From contig OX597822.1 of NCBI GenBank assembly GCA_951406725.2, positions 71,114,001-71,178,000 of the forward strand: a DNA stretch of 64,000 bases. The letters are read 5' to 3'. The notes under the pieces are model-generated. The model did no database searches. It saw nothing but the letters and a program-made list of their open reading frames with translations, and was not told where the DNA came from. The stretch is from Octopus vulgaris. Lineage: Eukaryota. Below are positions 53,818-64,000 of the stretch, piece after piece. Both the position numbers and the translations under genes were made by a program. Position 1 is the stretch's first letter. Each line of letters starts with the position of its first letter.

Positions 53818-53869
53818 ACTTCCAATAAGTCAGTTTCAAATTATGAAGTCATATGTATATATATATATG

Positions 53870-53925
<56 letters not shown>

Positions 53926-54138
53926 GAATATTCATATTTCTACAATATTTTGTGTATAAAAAGATGTTAAAATTTCTCTTGGTGCTGTCTTTGGCTGAGC
54001 CAAGTCACTTTGGTAGATATTTGGGTAAGTTAATATTTTTTCACAAAAAATTATATAACATTGATAGTCATGATGATTTTTTCTTCTTCACCCAGCTGAC
54101 GGCTACACGCTAATTAATTACTTTTTTTGTATGTGTAT

Positions 54139-54925
54139 GTACAGAGAGGGGGGAAAGAGACCGGAATTTTGCCCGATTGTTTTAATCACTTAGTTTTACG
54201 AGTTTACACTTGTACTGCCTTCAAAGTATTATGCATTTGAAGCGATGCATCGGTCCAATCGCACCTTCCACTGCTCGAAGCAGTCTTAGAACTCTTGCGA
54301 AGTGGTGCCTTTTAACAGCTCCGTCAGTTTTTTTTTTCTTCTCCTCTTCCACATCTGCAAAAGGTTTTCCTTTAAGGAGTTTTTTCATTCGGGGTAAAAA
54401 ACCCAAAAATGTTGCAGGGAGCAAGATCAACTTACAACTGTTCTTTCAGTTTATGACACGCATTCATTCGTGACTGTTTTTGATATTCCATCAGCAAGCA
54501 AAACACAAATTTTGCTACAACGCTTTTCATTCGGAATTCCTTGCTCAAAATTCATTGGCAGGCGCTCCAGGACACACCAGTCATATCAACAAGCTCGTAA
54601 ATTGTTCAGCGATGGTACTCCCAAGATCAATTCAGGAATTTTAATAACATTTTCATTTGTTCAGAAGATCAGTGGTCACCCTGAATGAGGCCGGTCTTCA
54701 AATGACAAGTAATCATTCCTAAAGTGTGAAAACCACTCATTTTGTTCATGGCAGTGTTCTGGTAAGCTGTTTGAGGCATGACAACTGTTTTGGCCGCCAT
54801 TTTCCCTAGCAGAAAACAAAATTTCACAGAAGCACGCTGTTCCTTTGTTTCAGCCATCGCAAAAATCAACGAACAGGGGAGAAACACCGCAAAATAAAGA
54901 TGCACTACATGGCAGTACAACTAAC
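54139..54925 (-). mobile_element. Internally deleted mariner relic
   Basis: N-terminal MAETKEQRASVKFCFLLGK and C-terminal PRMKKLLKGKPFADVEE...FEQWKVRLDRCIAS. Confidence 0.8.
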
Positions 54926-55039
54926 CTTGACAATGCCAGTTATTTAGCTTTTATAGTTTTGTCGGTATGTTTGGGGAAGTCCTAGAGAATCATTATTATT
55001 ATTATTAGTAATAATAATAATAATGATGATAATATTTAT

Positions 55040-56541
55040 TATCGTTGCATAGCTTCCAATGCTGGAGATGTATTGCGGTGTCTGCTGTTCACTACCAGTG
55101 AATGAAAGTAACACCCCTTATTTTTCGAGCATCATCCGGAGTATTCGAGTGGTTGCAAGCAGTGCTGTTTTCTGCAAGTGCTCCACCCTTGTTACAACCC
55201 CTGTTTGTTCCATGTACTTCTCAAGATTTTTAGTCACTGTTCACAGGGCTGACAATTATTGGTACTACTACCACCTTTTTCATCGACTACAACCGTTTAA
55301 CCTCCCAAGCTAACCTCTCATATCTATCGACTTTTCTTTATCTATCGACTTTTCTTATCGCACACCTTGTTGTCAGTTGGGCATACTATATCTATGATCC
55401 AACATCGTTTGCTTTCTTTCTCAATTAACACTATGTCTCTATCTCATGGTTGCACTGAATCATAAAATCTCAGGATATTTGCATTATCATTTTTGATGAT
55501 GCCTTTGGGTTTATGTTCGTACCACTTTTTTGCTCTATCAAGTCCAAACCTGTTGCTAAACGTCCAATGGACAATCCTTGCTATATTGTCATGACGTCTC
55601 TTATATTATTTCTGAGCTAGTGGGGTACATTGACTAGTAATATGCCATATGGTTTCACCATTTTATTCACGAATTCTGCTCTTATCACTTTCTGATGTGC
55701 ATCTATTCTTAATACTTGCTCTTGGCCAGCACAAATTAGAGCCTCTGTTTCTGGTTTTAAATCACTATTGGTCATTCATAGCCAACCTTTTTCTCTGCAT
55801 GTCATTTCTTCAATACCTCTATGAAATTGTCCATGCATTCTTGTCTTTATCCACCTATTTTCAGTTTCATTCATTTGCAAATCCTTGTACAGTGCTTTAT
55901 CTTTGCAATCTTCCATCCCACACAAGCCTGACCTTCTTATTTCCAATAACAGTTGTTCTGTGGCATTTTTTACATTCTATCTTATGTTGTTTTCTTCTGC
56001 TCTAATGCTGTGTCCTCATCCAATCAGTCCTCTTCCCCTCTTTTTCTTGGTACATACAGTCTCTCTGTGTCACTTTTTAGGTGGAGCATTCCATATCTTG
56101 TCCACAACTTTCTTGTCTTTCTGTCCAAGCTGTCTACTGTCAATGCAATTACCCCTGCTCCATATCTAAAGAGTGAAACCGCCCAAGTGTTGATAACTTC
56201 AATCTTATTCTGTCCGTTTAATTTCAACTTAATGATCAGTCTCAGTCTATGCAAATACTCCACCTTAAATTTTTCTGTCATTTCTTTCTCCACCAAATCA
56301 TCCATTTCCAATACCCCCAAGTACTTATAGCCCGTCTCTTCTATCTACCTCATGACCTCCCACAACAGTATCGCTAGCCCATCCATACATTTGATTTTGC
56401 TTCTCTTCAAGACTAATACACCACACTTTTTCAGTCCGAACTCCATTCTAATATCAGCTCTGAAAGTATACACCGTATCAACAAGGGAATTGACTTCGGA
56501 TTCATCTTTACCATAAAGTTTGAGGTCATCCATGAATAAGA
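55040..56541 (-). mobile_element. R4/Dong-type (RLE) LINE, 5'-truncated and degraded
   Basis: FMDDLKLYGK, MEFGLKKCG, YKYLGV, INTWAVSLFRY, RLYVPRKRG, ETIWHITSQC...RHDNIA and CWIIDI; flanked by (TAA)n. Confidence 0.85.
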
Positions 56542-56559
56542 AATTATTATTATTATTTC

Positions 56560-56775
56560 TGTACTACCCACAAGAGGCTACACACAGAGGGGACAAACAA
56601 GGACAGACAAAGGGATTAAGTCGATTATTTCAACTCCAGTGCATAACTGGTACTTAATTTATCAACCCCGAAAGGATGAAAGGCAAAGTCGACCTTGGTG
56701 GAATTTGAACTCAGAACGAAACGGCAGACGAAATACAGCTGAGCATTTCGCCGGACGTGCTAACACTTCTGGCAG
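56560..56775 (-). mobile_element. Family D SINE
   Basis: Reverse-complement Nin-type core with the same tail type as 36608. Confidence 0.8.
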
Positions 56776-56813
56776 CAGCAGCAGCAGCAGCAGCGGCGGC
56801 GGCGGCGGCGGCG

Positions 56814-56882
<69 letters not shown>

Positions 56883-56883
56883 T
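56772..56883. repeat. Compound (GCA)n(GCG)n(TCG)n trinucleotide run
   Basis: Visible directly. Confidence 0.95.
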
Positions 56884-57069
56884 CAAGTTGACTCCAAGTC
56901 TCGCCCAGAGACCTCAAGAGACAACAAGTTAGAAGTTCAAGTTATTGTTATGATTAGGGTGCCATATGTTTGGTTTTGCACAGACCATTGTTCTAGGGAA
57001 TGTCTGTCAAAACAAATGTGAATTAAAAGTTTGTTTTAAAAGTAATTTATTATAAGATGATAGTAAAAG

Positions 57070-57960
57070 GTGATTGCTATTATCTACATTTAAAAGTATT
57101 TTAACACAGTTTACAGACTAAATGTTTTGCGGATTAAATAGACAACATTTTACATAGCATATGAGCAGTTCCCATGAGTACTATTTTTTGAATTTCTTCC
57201 ATTTTTGGATTTCCTGGGGTCTGAGCTAGGTAGCAATCGGCCCCTTTTTGCTATCATTCCCAAGGAACCTATGACAACAGGTATTGTTTTAGTATTGATG
57301 TTTCACATTTTGCCAGTTTCTGTTTCAAGATCTTTATACTTGCTCAGTTTTTGGTTGGTCTTGACAGATACATTTATATCGATTGGGACAGTCATATCAA
57401 TGAGGAGGCATGATTTTTGTCTGAAATCCTTCAATATGATGTCTGGCTTATTTGCATCTATCTTTCTGTCAGTTTGAACGGTGAAGTTCCAAAGGAAGGA
57501 GATGTCATTTTCAAGCACTGGCGGTGCTTTGTGTCTCATCAGTTTTTTATCATGGGGTAGGTAGGTCCAAGTCTTTGCAAATTACTCTGTAGGCACAAGA
57601 AGACTACACATGGAGAGAACATGATCGATGGTTTCATTTTGTTGTTTACATATAAGTCATTTTGGGTTACTGCTGTTCTTTAAGATTTGGGCCTCGTAAC
57701 TTCCTGTAGGCAGGCGATTAATCTTGGGCTGCTATGATAAACTCTTCTGTCTCTGATTTTAAGCCACAAGACACTAACCATTGATGGGTAAAGGCTTTGT
57801 CAACATCGATATTATTAGCCCTCTTTGGGTTTTTGCTATTGAGAGGTTTTTCTTGCCATTTAACAGTCAGAATATCTAAAACAGCAGTTTTAGCAAGGGT
57901 TTTCATATGCTTCACTTTTCCTGTGCTTGTTTCCAGTACGTCTACATCTGGGATTAGTTG
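57070..57960 (-). mobile_element. R4/Dong-type LINE 3' fragment, second family
   Basis: GLKSETEEFIIAAQD, ETIDHVLSMC and NKPDIILKD...CLLIDMTVP...KLSKYKDL (RLE PD..D..K motif). Confidence 0.85.
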
Positions 57961-57984
57961 TATTCGGAATGTTGTTGTTGTTGA

Positions 57985-58268
57985 TTTGACTCAGGTTCTT
58001 TCTTATTCTTGTACAATTTATGTGGGTAGCGAGTTACTACCTGTAACCTTAGGTATCCACTTGCTTTCAATAATCTTTCAAGTGTTTAAAACCCTCCCGA
58101 TAATCTTTCCTGTCCCTAAGAGGCAAATTTTCTGGAGAAGCTCTTCAGGACATTCTATTCCAATTTCCAACCGTTTGTCCATACTTACAGGTCCCAATGC
58201 ACCCATTACTAGAGGCACAACCTTTACTGTCTTCATACTCCAAATTCTGGCAATTTCAAATTTTAAGG
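57985..58268 (-). mobile_element. R4/Dong-type LINE extreme 3' fragment
   Basis: LKFEIARIWSMKTVKVVPLVMGALG...LQKICLLGTGKIIGRVL*. Confidence 0.75.
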
Positions 58269-58269
58269 G

Positions 58270-58296
<27 letters not shown>

Positions 58297-58302
<6 letters not shown>

Positions 58303-58648
58303 TCCGTCTTAGTAAAGGCGGAAGTATTTGTTTGTTTGTCCGTGGACAAGGTATCTCTAAGAATCGCTGGATGGATTTGGATGAAACTTTCAGGGATGTT
58401 TGGCTTCATGACTGGCATGAACTGATTAGACTTTTGGGATCGATCTAGTACAGGACAAAGATTCTGGATTATTTTTACTGTTTCTTTACTGAATTTTTGA
58501 GAGCGGTTGGGTTCATTTTTAGTATTCTCATTTGCAAGAGCAGTCAAGTTTATTTCAGATATTCTCATTTTAAAAATCATCCCTGGCTAATCGTTGAGAG
58601 GACATTGGTGTTGCCTTGGTGGAAGTTTGTACTCTCTGAGTACTCTTA
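58297..58648 (+). mobile_element. Helentron/HINE-like element, copy 2
   Basis: Homologous to 15638-16003. Confidence 0.65.
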
Positions 58649-58664
58649 TTGTTATTATTATCAT

Positions 58665-59183
58665 TGCCTTTGCACAGCTTCTAACACTGGAGATGTAATA
58701 TACTGTCAGCTGTTCACTACCAGTGAACTAAGGTGACACCTCTTATTTTTCAAGCACCTGCCAGACTATTTGAGTGGTTCCAAGAAGTACTGTTTTCTGC
58801 AAGTGGTCCACCCTTATTGCAGCTCCTATTTGTTCCACGTACCTCTAGAGATTTTTGCTCACTGTTCCCAGGGCTCCGACAATTATTGGTATTACTACCA
58901 CCTTTTTCATCAACCACAAATACTTAACTTCCCAAACTAACCTGTCATATCTCTTGACTTTTCTTTCTTCCTTATCGCATACCTTGTTGTCAGCTGCGCA
59001 TGCTATATCTATGATCCAACATCATTTGTTTTATTTCTCAATTAAGACTATGTCTGGCTTCCTATTCTCTATCTTATGGTCGCACTGAATCATAAAATCC
59101 CATAGGATCTTTGCATTTCCATTTTAAACGATGCCTTCAGGTTTGTGGTCGTACCAATTTTTTGCTCAGTCAAGTTCATACTT
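58665..59183 (-). mobile_element. R4/Dong-type LINE 3' fragment related to 55040-56541
   Basis: WYDHKPEG...KILWDFMIQCDH...RKPDIVLIEK...CWIIDIAC...PIIVGALG. Confidence 0.85.
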
Positions 59184-59741
59184 GTTTCTTCTTCTTCTTC
59201 TAAAATGCTTTATGCCCAGTTTTACATGCTTGGTCACACTGACCCCAATCTTTACTCTTCCTTCGTTATAAAACCCTTTCAATGAAATTTCCATGATTCT
59301 GAGATCCTTTATCTTTTCACACTGCGTCTATGTATTTATTTATGGATGGATTAGTAAAATCTTTATGAATTTAAAGTATTTCTTCATGATGTTGCCTATT
59401 TATGGAAATAGTGTAAAGCTTTTTCTTTTACATAGAAATGAAGACGAACGTGAGATTTTACGGATTTCAGGATTTCTAAGTACGAAAAACCAGTTTCTTC
59501 TTCAGGCTAAATGTTTAAAATTATTCTACCAAACCATCTCTTCTAGTTTAATTCCAGCTTTCTTCCACTTAGAATTGCTGACTTCTGTTTCTGAGAATGG
59601 AAACACATGCATGTGTACACGTATGTGTTTGTATATGTGTGTGAATGTGTGTGTATGTGTGCATATATACATATGTGTGTCTGTGTGTGAATATGTATGG
59701 ATGTATGTACATACATAGTTACAAACACACACACACACATA

Positions 59742-59804
<63 letters not shown>

Positions 59805-60297
59805 GTGTGTATGTGCGTGCTTGTATGTGTGTGTGTGTGTGTGTGTGTGCGTGCGTGTAAATTTATGCAAAAAATACTTGATTCATTCAAAATATTTGTG
59901 GAAAGATTCTCCTGGAAATTATTTAGTATTTAAAATATATTAGAAAACAGATTGGCACGAACCTTTTAGAAGGAAATTTTTGTATTCTGTGTGTAAGCGC
60001 TTTCATTGTCAAATTTTTCAGACGCACATATAGAGTAATGCATATAGAGGAAGCTGTTTTCAGTGGTGGTGTTGATTATTTCTTATTTATTTTCAGATTT
60101 AGAATTCTTCTAAAGAATTCTTCATTTCTCATAGCTCAACATCAAACATTTAGTTATCTTGATTTGGAGACAGACAATATATTTTGAATCATCCGCTCGC
60201 ATAAGTGTATCAATACACAGTACATGGATCATTTAATTAACCTTTTCACTATGTGTGTGCTTATGTATAAATGTATATTTGTGTGTGTGAATGTATA

Positions 60298-60597
60298 TCA
60301 CCATGGCCGACCAGGCTATCAGATGTTGCTACACATCGCTGGTCACAATGCGCTTCTCATTGTTTTAGCCTTCAAAGGACGCCGCCCCGGTAACTAAGCG
60401 AGCAGGCCAACAGAAGAAAGAGAGAAAGTTGTGGCGAAAGAATACAGCAGGGATTGCCACCTACCCCATCTTCAGCCTTGTGGAGCTTTAGGTGTTCTTG
60501 CTCAATAAACACTCACAACACCTGGTCTGGGAATCAAAACTGCGGTCCTATGACTGCGAGTCCGCTGCCCTAACCACTGGGCCATTGCACCTCCACT
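60298..60597 (-). mobile_element. tRNA-derived SINE, family F
   Basis: Head ggaggtgcaatggcccagtggttaggg...gttttgattccc; its tail is shared with 46522-46632. Confidence 0.75.
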
Positions 60598-60732
60598 ACA
60601 TTCATTATACACATTGAATGTATATATCATCATCATCATCATCATCATCATCATCGTTTAACGTCCGTTTTCCATGCTAGCATGGGTTGGACGGTTCCAA
60701 CACAATATATCAAGGCTCAGGTCTCCACTGAG

Positions 60733-60780
<48 letters not shown>

Positions 60781-61428
60781 TATATATATATAAATATATA
60801 TATAAAAATATATACATACATAGATACACATATATTCATACACTTACATACATACATACACACACACATGCATATATATCAGAAAAAAGGCAAAATTAAC
60901 TGCAGTATTCATCCAGAGATAGTATCAGCTATGAACGTACTTTGTTTAAAAAGAAATATATCGGTAGTAGACAAAATCATCCTGCACTGGGGGTGACAGT
61001 GTCAATATATCAATATATGTATTTTTAAAAGCAGAACGGCAATGAGAGATGTTATCTCCAGGCGGCTGTCACAGTTAATTTGCCTTTTCATGATGAATTT
61101 GCATTAAGTATCATACAGAAATGGCAATTTTAATCTAATATTGCTTTTATTGCATATCGCGGATATATATATGTTTGAATGTATGTCTGTGTGTGTGTGT
61201 ATTCGTGTGTGTGTATATATATAAATATATACATGGTTGAAATTTGTAGAAAAACAAAAGACGAAGACAGGTGTGTGAACAACAAGCAGGCGTATTAGTT
61301 TGACGCATGGGAAAATGAAAGAGTCTTTTATGTTTTGAGCTTACTCTCTTCAAGAGAAAAGAATAATAGAAAATAAACAGACAGAATGAAAAAAGAAACT
61401 TGTAGATTTAGCGGTGTGGGTGCATGTA

Positions 61429-62691
61429 TCAGGCTGAGTAAAAGTAGGCAACGTTTTGAACCATGACAAATTTGTACTGGATTTTTGCAAAGTTTTGAAT
61501 TTTTTAAAAACATTTTTTTACAATTGTCTGCTAATACAGACATAGACTTGCTCAAATGCATCAATGAATTAACATTGATATTTTTTCATCTGTTGTTACA
61601 ATAATCTGAAATAGAATTGTCAAAGCGCGATATTCAAGCAATTTTGCTATTCAACTTCAAAAAAGGATGTAAAGCAGCTGAAACTGTTTGCGATATCAAC
61701 GAAATGTTTGGAGAAGAAATGACCAGTGAGTGGTCAGCTTGAAAATGGTTTAAACGATTTCACAGTGGAGACCTGAGCCTTGAAGATCGTGAGCATAGTG
61801 GACGCCCATCTGTCATCAATGACAGTCAGTTAACGACCGTCATTGAGAAAGATCCACATAAAACCACTTGAGAACTGGCAAGACTTCACGTTAGCCATAA
61901 AACTGCCTGCAACCATTTTGCATGTGATCGAAAAATTGAAAAAGCTCAACAAATGGGTACCACATGATTTGAATGAAAATCAGAAAATGCGCTGATATGA
62001 AATTTGCTCCTCGCTTCTCCGTAACCAGACCGATCCATTTCTTGGCCGTATTGTAACTTGCAATCGAAAGTGGATTCTGTACAATGATAAAAATGTTCTA
62101 CGCAGTGGTTGGACCAAAATGAAGCACCAAAAACCTTCCCTAAACTTGAGCTCTTTAAAAAGAAAGATATGGTGACTGTTTGGTGGTGTACTATAACTTC
62201 TTAAAACCTGGAAAAACTATTACTGCAGAAACATACTGCAAGGAAATTGCCAAAATGAATGAAAAACTACTACTCCTCAGTTCCAGACTGGTCAACAGAA
62301 GAGGGCCAATCATTCTTCATAGCAATGCTCGACCACACGTTTCACTAATGATGCTCCAGAAGTTGAGGGAACTTGACTACAAAGTTCTTACCAACCCAGC
62401 TTATTCCCCAGACCTTTCTCCTACCAATTACCACTTTTCCAAGCACCTTGATGGTTTCCTGCAAAAGAAGGAGTTCAAAAATCAAACCGATTCTGAAAAT
62501 ACGTTCAAAGAGTTCATCAGCTCCAGAACTCCAGATTTATATGTTACCGGAATAAACAAACTTGTAACCCGTTGGCAAAATTGTATTGATTGTAATGGTA
62601 CTTACTTTGATGAATAATATTTCCACATTGTTGAAATATATTGTGATGAATTTCATGTTTTAAAACGTTGCTTACTTTTTACTCAGCCTGA
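61429..62691 (+). mobile_element. Full-length inactive mariner (Hsmar1/cecropia-like), 1263 bp
   Basis: TIRs tcaggctgagtaaaagtaggcaacgtttt and aaaacgttgcttactttttactcagcctga with TA on both sides. Transposase motifs KAAET, SGRP, WVPHDL, HSNARPH and YSPDLSPTNYH; it has stops, frameshifts and has lost the catalytic Asp residues. Confidence 0.93.
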
Positions 62692-62995
62692 TATATATAT
62701 ATGTATGCATGTGTGAATATATCTATGCGTACTATTTTAGATTACATGGGCATTACTCCCAGAATCATGTTTTAAGCAAGGATCTAAATCCAATTTAAAT
62801 TTCAAATTTGAAAAGCCAGAGTCTAAAACAGCGTCAAACACGATCCGGATGTTTATTGAATAAGAGGCAGAGAAGAGCCGTGAAATTCGGTTATAATATC
62901 TATGTGATAAAGAACACATAGAATAAAAAATACAAGGCTAATATGGTGTTTATATGGCATTATTTGAAGAAGACATGTAGATACAAACACATATA

Positions 62996-63039
<44 letters not shown>

Positions 63040-63179
63040 GTCACATGTACATGCACTCACACATATACTCACCTAACTCATGCTAACATTGAAAAAAATA
63101 CATAAACACTCTCATTGTGTGTATGTATGTGTGTGTGTATATATATTATACATACATACACACATGCACATACATAAAT

Positions 63180-63432
63180 ATATTTGAAAAATGAGTAGAT
63201 ATGGCTTGTGGGGGGGCGGTATTTTTATTTTAATCCTAATAATAATGTTTACAGTGAGTTACTCTGATTTGAGTGTCAAGCTTCAAGTAGCTGTTTTCAA
63301 ACAGTTCAATTTGAAAATGGCTACGTGAAGCTTGAATCTCATATCAGAGTAGTTTACTGTAAATATTATTATCAAGATTAAAATAAAAATTATCCCCGCC
63401 AAAAAGCCATCTTTATTCATTTTTTCAAATAT
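63180..63432. repeat. Long degenerate inverted repeat, arms about 120 bp
   Basis: ...actctgattttgagtgtcaagcttcaagtagctgttttcaaa pairs with tttgaaaatggctacgtgaagcttgaatctcatatcagagt...; outer ends tatttgaaaaatga and tcatttttcaaata-like. Confidence 0.88.
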
Positions 63433-63523
63433 ATATGATACTGTACCAAGAACTCGCTCTTTATCATTCTACTATATATATATATCTTCCCTTCAGGGAA
63501 GAATTTTATATTTGAGGTTTTCT

Positions 63524-63614
63524 TCCCTGAAGACGGAGGATGGTATTATCCAATGATGGAATCAATTGACAATCATTATTTTAGACCACCAAGCCCCCAG
63601 AAACAGTTGTTGGA
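63524..63614 (+). ncRNA. Hammerhead-like motif with a long (66 nt) stem II
   Basis: tcc-CTGAAGA-[cggagg...ccccca]-GAAA-cagttg-TT-gga, preceded by a short fold-back cttcagggaagaa/ttcttccctgaag. Confidence 0.55.
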
Positions 63615-64000
63615 TTCGTAAAACTCTTATTCAACCCCTTTAATTCTTGGTATCATTTCTATTCTGTATAAGTCGGACCTTTTTATATGTAAACATATTT
63701 ACATTTTTCTATACATACATACATACACGTATATATTTCATAAATAACGAACCATTTATTAATATTTTGAAAGTATTTAATACGCACGTTTCAAGTGGTT
63801 ATTTATCAAGTTGTGTAATATTCATTATAGAGCACTAACACTGACATAGCGTGGTTTTGAATAATTGCATATGTGAAATCATATGCGATATATTTCATGA
63901 AGATATATTTAGTCCTTCTGTAAAATATATTTCATGAATAAGCTGCAGGGTTCTCAATAGCTAAAAGCAAGAATCGGCCTACACGAAGGATAAAACTACT

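Overview
Eukaryotic, AT-rich DNA saturated with microsatellites and almost entirely repeat-derived. The SINE and LINE families look like those of an Octopus (cephalopod) genome; this is an inference from pattern recognition, not a database match. Nearly all ORFs in the supplied track are translations of simple repeats. Real coding relics belong to transposons: a young 5'-truncated CR1/L2-group LINE (17.3-19.9 kb), RTE LINE 3' ends, four R4/Dong-type LINE fragments (55-59 kb), a full-length dead mariner (61.4-62.7 kb), other mariner relics and Penelope GIY-YIG C-terminal fragments. Non-coding elements include many tRNA-derived SINEs and hAT, piggyBac, Tigger and Helentron-type MITEs. One plausible host exon lies on the minus strand at about 3.3-3.6 kb. 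The most striking hidden layer is about ten minimal type-I hammerhead ribozyme motifs from several unrelated families, together with eight long fold-back inverted repeats, mostly embedded in (TA)n tracts. These are best explained as Penelope-like element termini or retrozyme-like elements. One motif sits at the 3' end of a tRNA-headed Pol III SINE. All pairings and coordinates were worked out by eye, so element boundaries are approximate.
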